A stretch of DNA of 64,000 nt from Mycobacterium sp. (GTDB lineage: Bacteria > Actinomycetota > Actinomycetes > Mycobacteriales > Mycobacteriaceae). Location: assembly GCA_032159565.1 (NCBI GenBank), contig JAVHWR010000038.1. One strand, written 5' to 3'. Both the position numbers and the translations under genes were made by a program. Below are positions 55,724-64,000 of the stretch, in pieces (the stretch's first letter is position 1; each line of letters starts with the position of its first letter). The notes below the pieces were generated by a model. That model searched no databases. It worked only from the letters and a program-made list of their open reading frames with translations, and was not told the origin of the DNA.

Positions 55724-56599
55724 TTACCCGAGCCCGACGAGCTGCTGGAAGGCGGGCGCCATGCCGTCGATCCAGGCAGCCGGGGAGCCGCTGGTCGTCA
55801 TCGTGATCGCGGTCTGCACTCCCAGTTTCGCGTAGTCGGCCATCTGAGCGACGAATGCGTCGCGCGTCTCGGGAGTATGCCGAGGATTGTTGGCCATCAC
55901 CGTCTTGCGGATTTCGGCGTAATCGCGGCCGACGTCGTCGCAGTGCCGCCGCAGAACGTTGAGCTTGTGCTCAACCTCCTCGGGCGAGCTGGCGAACAGA
56001 TTGCACGCATCGCCATACTGGGCCACCAGCCGCAGCGTCTTGCGCTCACCGCTGCCGCCGATCATCACCTTGGGTCGATTGATCGGCTGCGGCGAACACA
56101 GCGTCTCCGCCAATTGATAGTGCCGGCCGGTGTAGGGGCCGTTGTTGTTCGGATCCCACATCTGATCGCAGATCTGCAGCGCCTCTTCGAGCCGTTCGAA
56201 GCGTTCGGCCAACGGCGGGTACGGCACGCCGAGCCCGCGGTGCTCACGCTCGAACCATGCGGCGCCGAGGCCAAGGACCGCGCGACCGCCCGACAGCACG
56301 TCCAAGGTGGTGACCGTCTTGGCGAGGATGCCGGGATGGCGGTAGGTCACGCCGGTGACCAGCAAGCCGAGGCTGACGGTCGAAGTATGAGCGGCGAGGA
56401 ATCCCAGCGTCGTGTAGCCCTCGAGCATGTTCGACTCTGCGGGCAGACCCGTCGGCTCGATTTGAAAGAAGTGGTCCATGAAGGACAGCCAGTTGGCACC
56501 GGAGGCCTCGACGGCGGCGCCGACCCTGGCAAGTTCACCGGCGATGGATGTGGTGCCGCCGTCGATATCGAAGATTGGCACGTGAATGCCGACGTCCAT
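55724..56599 (-). CDS. LLM-class F420-dependent oxidoreductase
   Basis: MDHFFQI, VTGVTYRHPG, DVLSGGR, LGAAWFEREH and MIGGSGERKTL. Confidence 0.9.
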   Translation of the reverse strand: MDVGIHVPIFDIDGGTTSIAGELARVGAAVEASGANWLSFMDHFFQIEPTGLPAESNMLEGYTTLGFLAAHTSTVSLGLLVTGVTYRHPGILAKTVTTLDVLSGGRAVLGLGAAWFEREHRGLGVPYPPLAERFERLEEALQICDQMWDPNNNGPYTGRHYQLAETLCSPQPINRPKVMIGGSGERKTLRLVAQYGDACNLFASSPEEVEHKLNVLRRHCDDVGRDYAEIRKTVMANNPRHTPETRDAFVAQMADYAKLGVQTAITMTTSGSPAAWIDGMAPAFQQLVGLG

Positions 56600-56757
56600 A
56601 GGAGGCTCCTGGTTGAAAGGGCACGACAGGCCTGACGGCCCGCACACTCCTACAAGTTGAATGTCCTCGGTTGAATTCCGAGTCGCAGAGTTTTCCTCGG
56701 AATCGGCACGGTGGACTCGGCGAACTGCGACGGGAGCGATCTGTGCAGTCTCGGCGC

Positions 56758-57363
56758 TCAGGAGTCGCGGCGGCGGAGCTCCTCGACAAACGCCCGAGTG
56801 TCGTCCCACGTCGGGAGGAGGCCCGCGGCCTTGACCTCTTCGAGCGTCGGCGCCTCGGCGTCTCGGTCCGACAGCACATTGCCCGTGCCGGGCCAGTCAA
56901 TGGCAAGGGCGGGGTCGGTAGCCCGGATGGTGTGCTCGCGGTCCGGGTCGTATCCGGCTGAGCACATGTACATCACCGTCGAGTCGTCCTGCAGGGCAAG
57001 AAAACCGTGCGCCAGGCCCTCGCTGAGGTAAATCGAGCGGCGGTCGCGGTCGTCGAGCAGCACTGAGTCCCACTGCCCGAAAGTGGGTGAGCCGACACGA
57101 ATGTCGACAGCGACGTCGAACACCGCTCCGCGTACGCAGGTGACGTACTTGGCCTGGCTCGGGGGCAACTGCGCGAAGTGTAGACCACGGAGCACGCCGG
57201 CCGCCGAGACCGAGCAATTGGCCTGACGCAGATCCAGGCGATGTCCGGCGAATGCGCGAAATCCGGTATCGGTGAACCACTCGAAGAAGACGCCGCGATC
57301 GTCGGTGTGCTGCTTCGGCGTGATCTCCCATGCGCCGGGAACGGCGAGCTCGCGTGCCTCCAC
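56758..57363 (-). CDS. rmlC: dTDP-4-dehydrorhamnose 3,5-epimerase
   Basis: DDRGVFFE, QANCSVS..GVLRGLH, DVAVDIRVGSPTFG and GLAHGF. Confidence 0.96.
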   Translation of the reverse strand: MEARELAVPGAWEITPKQHTDDRGVFFEWFTDTGFRAFAGHRLDLRQANCSVSAAGVLRGLHFAQLPPSQAKYVTCVRGAVFDVAVDIRVGSPTFGQWDSVLLDDRDRRSIYLSEGLAHGFLALQDDSTVMYMCSAGYDPDREHTIRATDPALAIDWPGTGNVLSDRDAEAPTLEEVKAAGLLPTWDDTRAFVEELRRRDS

Positions 57364-57364
57364 G

Positions 57365-58378
<1,014 letters not shown>

Positions 58379-59230
58379 CTAGCCCTTCAGCCCCAGCGGC
58401 CCGGCCAGCTCCTTCAGTGTCGGCAGCAGCTTGTCCCAGCCGCCGAGCACCTGGATCGTCACGTGGTCGGCCCCTGCCTCCAAGTGCTCGTTGAGACGCT
58501 TGGCGATGTCGTCGGCACTGCCGTAGGCGACCACCGAGTCGATCAGCCGGTCGCTGCCGGGCTTCGCCACATCCTTGTCGGTGAAGCCGAGCCGCTTCCA
58601 GTTGTTGAGGTAGTTGCTCAGGTTCAGGTAAAAATCGACGGCCTGCCGGCCGACCTCGCGTCCCTCGTCCGCATCGTTGGTCAGCACGACCTTGTGCTCG
58701 GGCGCCAAAAACACGGTGGGACCGACCAATTCGCGGGCCGAACCGGTGTGCTCCGGTGTCGTCAGATATGGGTGGGCACCTGCGCTGCGCTGCGCCGCCA
58801 GCTTGAGCACCTTCGGCCCCAGGGCCGCCACCACGCGTCTGCTGGTCGGCACCTTGGCGGCGTCCAGCGCGTCAAGGTATTCCACCAGCACGTCGTAGGG
58901 CTTGCGGTACTCGTCGGTGTGCTCGGGGTGGCCGATGCCGACACCCAGCAAGAACCGGCCAGGGTAGGCGTTCTCGATCCGGTGGTACGCCTCTGCGACT
59001 TCACCCGCGGGCGCCGTCCAGACGTTGACGATGCCGGTCGCCACCTGCAGCGTCTCTGTCTGCTCGAGAATCGGCTCGACGTACTCGAGATTGCCCGCGG
59101 GGGAGCCGCCGATCCAGAGGGCGCCGTACCCGAGCTTTTCGACCTCGACGGCCTGTTCGGGTTTAGGGGTCCCGAAGGTCCACACTCCGTATCGGCCGAG
59201 ATCTGGCTTGAGTGAAACAGCGTCGGTCAT
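58379..59230 (-). CDS. LLM-class F420-dependent oxidoreductase (Rv3463-like), paralog 1
   Basis: VATGIVNVW, GRFLLGVGIGH, ALGPKVL and GAHPYL. Confidence 0.9.
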   Translation of the reverse strand: MTDAVSLKPDLGRYGVWTFGTPKPEQAVEVEKLGYGALWIGGSPAGNLEYVEPILEQTETLQVATGIVNVWTAPAGEVAEAYHRIENAYPGRFLLGVGIGHPEHTDEYRKPYDVLVEYLDALDAAKVPTSRRVVAALGPKVLKLAAQRSAGAHPYLTTPEHTGSARELVGPTVFLAPEHKVVLTNDADEGREVGRQAVDFYLNLSNYLNNWKRLGFTDKDVAKPGSDRLIDSVVAYGSADDIAKRLNEHLEAGADHVTIQVLGGWDKLLPTLKELAGPLGLKG

Positions 59231-60099
59231 TGCGGGTCCCCCTGTGTGTCGACTAACGAAAGGCCGAGCGGCCCGGCGAGTTCGGCGAGCGCAGGGACCA
59301 GCTTGTCAGGTCCGGTCAGCACCTGCACCGCCACATGGTCTGCGCCGGCAGTGATGTGCTCCTTCAGCCGCGCGGCGATCTCGTCGGGGGTGCCGTAGGC
59401 GACGAGGGCGTCGACCAGCCGATCGCTTCCGGGCTTCGCCACGTCTTCATCGGTGAACCCCAGCCGCTTCCAGCTGTTCAAGTAGTTGGCCAGGTTGAGG
59501 TAGATCTCGAGCGCCTTGCGTCCGACGGCGCGGGCCTTCTCCGGGTCGGTGGTCAGCACCGCCTTGTGCTCGGGCGCGAGGAGCGCCTCTGCCCCGATCA
59601 GCCCGCGCGCTTCGGCGGTGTGTTCCGGTGTCGTGAGATAGGGATGCGCTCCCGCGGCGCGTTCCGCCGACAGCTTCAACACCTTGGGGCCGAGCGCGGC
59701 CACCACGCGGCTGTTCTTGGGCACGCCGTACTCGTCGAGCTTGTCCAGATAATCGGTGAGTGCATCGATCGGTTTGCGGTACTGCTGATGCGCCTCGGGA
59801 TGCCCGACACCGATGCCGAGCAGGAAGCGCCCAGGGTGGGCCTTCTCGATGCGGTGGAACGACTCCGCGACCGGCCCCGCTTCAGCGGTCCAGATGTTGA
59901 CGATCCCGGTGGCCAGCTTCAGGTTGTCGGTCTGATCGAGGATGGGATCGACCCACGACAGTTCCGCCGCCGGTGAGCCACCCGCCCAGATGGCCCCGTA
60001 GCCGAGAGCCTCGATTTCTCGCAGTTGCTCAGGACTCAGTTGCTGCCACATCGAATGGTGACCGAACGCGCCGAACGTGCCGAGATTTGGAGTCGTCAT
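59227..60099 (-). CDS. LLM-class F420-dependent oxidoreductase (Rv3463-like), paralog 2
   Basis: Same motifs; tandem duplicate with ATGA overlap. Confidence 0.9.
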   Translation of the reverse strand: MTTPNLGTFGAFGHHSMWQQLSPEQLREIEALGYGAIWAGGSPAAELSWVDPILDQTDNLKLATGIVNIWTAEAGPVAESFHRIEKAHPGRFLLGIGVGHPEAHQQYRKPIDALTDYLDKLDEYGVPKNSRVVAALGPKVLKLSAERAAGAHPYLTTPEHTAEARGLIGAEALLAPEHKAVLTTDPEKARAVGRKALEIYLNLANYLNSWKRLGFTDEDVAKPGSDRLVDALVAYGTPDEIAARLKEHITAGADHVAVQVLTGPDKLVPALAELAGPLGLSLVDTQGDPQ

Positions 60100-60128
60100 G
60101 GTTTCTCCAACCTACGACGCGGCGCAAG

Positions 60129-61622
60129 CTATTCCGTGCCGGCCTTCGAGAGCTCACCGGGTGTCGGTGTCATCGGCGCCGGCGCCACCAAGGGCAGGCA
60201 CACGATGAACCGCGTGTCGCCCGGCTTCGATTGCACGGAGATGTTCCCGCCGTGCTTCTCGACGACGATGCGCCACGCCAAATCCAACCCGAGTCCGGTG
60301 CCCTTGCCGAACGGCTTGGTGGTGAAGAACGGAGTGAAGATTCGGTCGATGACGTCTTCGGGGATACCGGGGCCGTCGTCGCAGATCTCGACGCGAATCA
60401 TTTGATCGTTCTCGCGCGCGGTGCGAATGGTCAGGGTGCCGCGACCGTCCATCGCCTGAATCGCGTTTTCCATGATGTTGGTCCACACCTGGTTGAGATC
60501 GCCGGGGTAGCACTGCAATTCAGGCAATGTCTTGTCCATGTCCTTGACCAGCGTGACGGGCCTGCCCTTGCCCTCCATCCCGATCTTGTCGCCGAACATC
60601 ATGATCGTGCTGCGCAGCAGTTCGTGGACATCGGCGCTCCCGTAGGCGCCGCGGTCCATCTGCGAATACTGCTTGGCGCCGGCGAGCAGCGCCGAGATGC
60701 GCTTGCTGGCCTCGGCGATCTCGTTCATTCGAAGCTCGTTGTCGATGGTGTACTTCAGCCACCCGATCGCACCCTGCAGTGAGGCCGTCGCGTCGACGTC
60801 GTCGACCAACGACGAGACGCGCTCCAGCCAGTCGGTGTCCAGCCCGGCCTCCACGAACGTCGGCGCATAGTCCCAGGCGCCCGCGATCCCGTGGTCCTCG
60901 AGCCAGTCACCGATCTGGTCCTCGCGGTCGGACGCCTCGAGAGCGGTGAGTTCCACGTCCGTGTTCTTGGCCACCTGTTCAGCGACCTGGTCCTGGATGT
61001 TCACCAGAACGCGCAGTGCCTCGGGCGTGAACTTGGCCTCGGCCACCATCGCCAGCTTGTGCCGCATGTGGCCGACACCCTCGCGGAGATCGGCCACCGC
61101 GCGCGCAGTCGCAGCAGCGGGATTGTTGAGCTGATGGGTCAGCCCGGCGGTGATGGTGCCCAGAGCCAGCAGCTTCTCGCGCTGGCCGATGATCTGGCTC
61201 TGCCGCCTGCCGCCCACCTTGTGGCCCTCGAGCAGGTGCACGGCCATGGGGAACTGCGACTGCATGAACCGCGCGAAGGCGTCGGCGTCGAGGACAAAGC
61301 AGCGAGATGGCTTCGTCAGGCGTACGGAGGCCTCGTAGATGTGCTCTTCGCCGGGGACGTATGCCGACCAGGCGCCGAAATACACGCCGCGCTGCGACGT
61401 GCGACCGGTCTGGATGTCCACGCCGCCGGAGCGCTTCGACATGATCAGTTCGCCGTCGATCATCACATAGAAGCAGCTCGCAGGCTCGCCCTCGAGGCAC
61501 AGCGGACCGGCGGGGAACGTCTCGATATGACCGTAAGCGCACAGCATGTCGAGCTGCTCGTCGGACAAGTCCTCGAACAGGAACAAGGTCCGAAGCTCGT
61601 CGCGGACGCATTCGTCGCCCAT
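60129..61622 (-). CDS. Histidine kinase with N-terminal cNMP-binding-like domain
   Basis: LFEDLSDEQL...EGEPA.FYV cNMP fold; LTHQLNNP H-box; NQVWTN, DDGPGIP, FFTTKPFGKGTGLGL. Confidence 0.9.
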   Translation of the reverse strand: MGDECVRDELRTLFLFEDLSDEQLDMLCAYGHIETFPAGPLCLEGEPASCFYVMIDGELIMSKRSGGVDIQTGRTSQRGVYFGAWSAYVPGEEHIYEASVRLTKPSRCFVLDADAFARFMQSQFPMAVHLLEGHKVGGRRQSQIIGQREKLLALGTITAGLTHQLNNPAAATARAVADLREGVGHMRHKLAMVAEAKFTPEALRVLVNIQDQVAEQVAKNTDVELTALEASDREDQIGDWLEDHGIAGAWDYAPTFVEAGLDTDWLERVSSLVDDVDATASLQGAIGWLKYTIDNELRMNEIAEASKRISALLAGAKQYSQMDRGAYGSADVHELLRSTIMMFGDKIGMEGKGRPVTLVKDMDKTLPELQCYPGDLNQVWTNIMENAIQAMDGRGTLTIRTARENDQMIRVEICDDGPGIPEDVIDRIFTPFFTTKPFGKGTGLGLDLAWRIVVEKHGGNISVQSKPGDTRFIVCLPLVAPAPMTPTPGELSKAGTE

Positions 61623-61633
61623 GGTGGTCCTCT

Positions 61634-63337
61634 CTAGGCTTCCGCCAGATACCTGTGCACCAGCATCACTGCCATCGACCCTTCGCCGACGGCGGCCGCC
61701 ACCCTCTTCGCGGACTCCGAGCGCACATCTCCTGCAACAAACACACCCGGCACACTTGTTTCCAGGTGGTGAGGCGGGCGGTCCAGCATCCATCCGCTGA
61801 CCTTCATCACGTCCGGACCGGACAGGATGAAGCCGTAGTCGTCGCGGGCTACTCCCGCTTCCTCCAACCAGTCGGTGCGCGGCGTCGCGCCGATGAAGCA
61901 GCACATCCGGTCGCATGACACCGTCTCTGTTTCATCCGTCCGCTTGTCGAGGAGGACCAAACCGGACAGGTGGCCGTCCGCCGCGACGGTGTCGACGACT
62001 TCGGTGCAGGTCCGGACCGTGATGTTCGGAGTCTTGAGGATGCGATCGACCAGGTACTGCGACATGCCGGCCTCCAGCGACGGGCCGCGGATCAGCATCG
62101 TGACCGACTTGGCGGTCTGCGACATGTACATGGCGGCCTGACCCGCCGAGTTCGCACCACCGACGATGTAGACGTCCTCGCCGGCGCATTCGGTGTTGTC
62201 CGACACCGACGCCCCGTAATAAACGCCGCGGCCGATGTAGTTGCACGCCGAGTCGTCGGGATCGTCCCAGCATCCGGTGATCTGGAGCTGGCGGTACTCG
62301 ACGCCGGTGGCAAGGATGACGGCGCGCGCGCCGATGGTTTTGTCGTCGTTGAGGCGGATCGAATGGGCGGCGCCGACGCCGTTCACCTCGAGCTTGCCCG
62401 CCTCCTGAGTGGTGATGACCTCGGCGCCGAACTTCTCGGCCTGGCGGCGCGCCGACGTGGTCAGCTCGGCGCCGGAGACGCCCAACGGGAAGCCGAGGTA
62501 GTTCTCGATCTTCGAACTGCGCCCCGCCTGCCCGCCGGTGGAGGTCCGCTCGATCAGCACCGTCTCGAGTCCCTCCGATGCGCCGTACACCGCCGCGGCG
62601 AGCCCGGCCGGACCGCCGCCGATCACCGCGAGGTCGTACATCTGCAATTGCGGGCTGGTCGACAGGCCGAGCAGCGTTGCCAGCTCGACGTCCGTCGGAT
62701 CGACCAGAGTCTCGCCCTTCTCGGTGATGACGACCGGAAGCCTGCTGCCGTCGATTCCTGCGGCCTCGAGCAGTTGCTGCCCCTTCGGCTCGTCGGCATT
62801 GACTGCACGGAAGGAGTACTCGTTGCGCGCCAGAAACTGCCGCACCTCCCATGACCGGTCGTTGTACCGGTGACCGATGACCTTGGTGTACGGCATCCCG
62901 CGATCGCCCACCGCGCGCCAATCCTCGAGGAGGGCGTCGATCACCGGATAGAGCTTCTCCTCCGGCGGGTCCCACGGCTTGAGCAGGTAGTGGTCGAGGT
63001 CGACGACGTTGATGGCATCGATGGCGGCGTGGGTGTCCGCGTAGGCGGTCAGCAGCACCCGCCGCGCCAGCGGGAAGAAGTCCATCGCCTTCTCGAGAAA
63101 CTCGATGCCGCTCATCTGGGGCATGCGGTAATCGGCGACGAAGACAGCCACAGTGTCACCGCGCAGCTTGAGTTCCTTCAGCGTGTCGATCGCGTCGGCC
63201 CCGGACTCGGCGCGCACTATGCGGTACCGCTCGCCGTAGTGTCGGCGGAGGTCGCGGGCGACCGCCCGCGATACTGCGGGGTCGTCATCGACGGTGAGGA
63301 CGGCAGGTTTACGTGGCTCCACACTGGATCGCGTCAT
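61634..63337 (-). CDS. Response regulator receiver fused to a thioredoxin reductase-like FAD oxidoreductase
   Basis: VDDD/ADYRMP/LTAY/LLKPW receiver; GGGPAG, ATG, GGANSAG and GVFVAGD TrxB-fold motifs. Confidence 0.92.
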   Translation of the reverse strand: MTRSSVEPRKPAVLTVDDDPAVSRAVARDLRRHYGERYRIVRAESGADAIDTLKELKLRGDTVAVFVADYRMPQMSGIEFLEKAMDFFPLARRVLLTAYADTHAAIDAINVVDLDHYLLKPWDPPEEKLYPVIDALLEDWRAVGDRGMPYTKVIGHRYNDRSWEVRQFLARNEYSFRAVNADEPKGQQLLEAAGIDGSRLPVVITEKGETLVDPTDVELATLLGLSTSPQLQMYDLAVIGGGPAGLAAAVYGASEGLETVLIERTSTGGQAGRSSKIENYLGFPLGVSGAELTTSARRQAEKFGAEVITTQEAGKLEVNGVGAAHSIRLNDDKTIGARAVILATGVEYRQLQITGCWDDPDDSACNYIGRGVYYGASVSDNTECAGEDVYIVGGANSAGQAAMYMSQTAKSVTMLIRGPSLEAGMSQYLVDRILKTPNITVRTCTEVVDTVAADGHLSGLVLLDKRTDETETVSCDRMCCFIGATPRTDWLEEAGVARDDYGFILSGPDVMKVSGWMLDRPPHHLETSVPGVFVAGDVRSESAKRVAAAVGEGSMAVMLVHRYLAEA

Positions 63338-63412
63338 CGCGATCAATTATGCGCCGGTTGTCCAGGTAATATGAGGTCGACAAGACAGCGCTGAGGTGGC
63401 CGTTCGGCGATT

Positions 63413-63440
63413 TTGGGGCACGCCGTCGAGCAGGTAGTAT
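63413..63440 (+). promoter_or_regulatory. Possible SigA promoter of infA-rpmJ
   Basis: TTGGGG-N16-TAGTAT upstream of infA. Confidence 0.4.
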
Positions 63441-63585
63441 GGACCAACGGTGCGGTATACGCGCCGGCTCTTGCGTGCCCCAGTTCTGGAATTTCTAGCT
63501 ACCGGCTCACGTTTTGTAGTCGGAACGAATTCTGCGCCGCCAGGCGCCAAAGAACCAGAAGGACACGGAGGATCTCCGAACAACA

Positions 63586-63807
63586 ATGGCCAAGAAAGAC
63601 GGTGCCATCGAGGTCGAGGGCCGCGTGGTCGAACCCCTGCCCAATGCGATGTTCCGCATTGAGCTGGAGAACGGACACAAGGTGCTCGCCCACATCAGCG
63701 GCAAGATGCGGCAGCACTACATCCGCATCCTGCCCGAGGACCGCGTGGTGGTGGAGTTGTCTCCCTACGACCTGTCCCGGGGCCGCATCGTTTATCGGTA
63801 CAAGTAG
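63586..63807 (+). CDS. infA: Translation initiation factor IF-1
   Basis: [12 protein letters not shown]...[14 protein letters not shown]...RGRIVYRYK. Confidence 0.99.
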
Positions 63808-63849
63808 TCAGCCCGACATCACTTAAGACAAGAACAGGATCGACAAGCC

Positions 63850-63963
63850 GTGAAGGTGAACCCGAGCGTCAAGCCCATTTGCGATAAGTGCAGGGTGATC
63901 CGTCGGCATGGGCGGGTCATGGTGATCTGCTCCGATCCGCGTCACAAGCAGCGACAGGGCTGA
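63850..63963 (+). CDS. rpmJ: 50S ribosomal protein L36 (zinc ribbon)
   Basis: Read directly from the sequence (absent from the ORF track): [37 protein letters not shown]. Confidence 0.99.
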
Positions 63964-64000
63964 GCGCCACCGGCGCTTGCGCGAGGAGCAACTCGCCGAA

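Noticed and set aside
56678-56734. Inverted repeat GTCGCAG/CTGCGAC between rmlC and the LLM gene
   Set aside because: Short stem, a single copy in the window, and does not match the 62-nt family.
63413-63826. 137-aa ORF overlapping infA
   Set aside because: An alternate-frame shadow with no motifs; infA is unambiguous.

Overview
GC-rich actinobacterial chromosome segment, almost certainly a rapidly growing mycobacterium. The core backbone is atsA/FGE, the spc ribosomal operon (rplN-rplO), sppA, secY-adk-map, sigL-rslA, mmsAB/fadE9, rmlBC and infA-rpmJ. Three accessory blocks stand out. (1) 1-7685: a 5'-truncated, five-component soluble di-iron monooxygenase of the sMMO/butane-monooxygenase lineage (alpha, beta, coupling protein, reductase and a true gamma subunit). 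Its substrate pocket is clearly remodelled, and it is co-oriented and tightly spaced with a DUR3-like sodium:solute symporter, an orphan membrane protein and an NtaA/DszA-type flavin monooxygenase. This is the best candidate for an undescribed catabolic system. (2) 21439-34655: a 12-gene cluster built around an EutD/DoeA-type ectoine hydrolase. It lacks EutE/EutB/EutC, carries other enzymes instead, and has four copies of a palindromic operator (GATTGTYRACAA) plus a GntR gene. (3) 43014-47493: a ThDP enzyme/SRPBCC/KAS III-like/aminotransferase operon behind a SigL-type promoter. The window also holds several small repeat families (62-nt palindromic units, 27- and 30-nt in-frame coding repeats, MIRU-like units) and bridging mini-ORFs. 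No rRNA, tRNA, CRISPR array, integrase or transposase was seen. All family assignments come from reading motifs and from recalled reference sequences; no database search was run.
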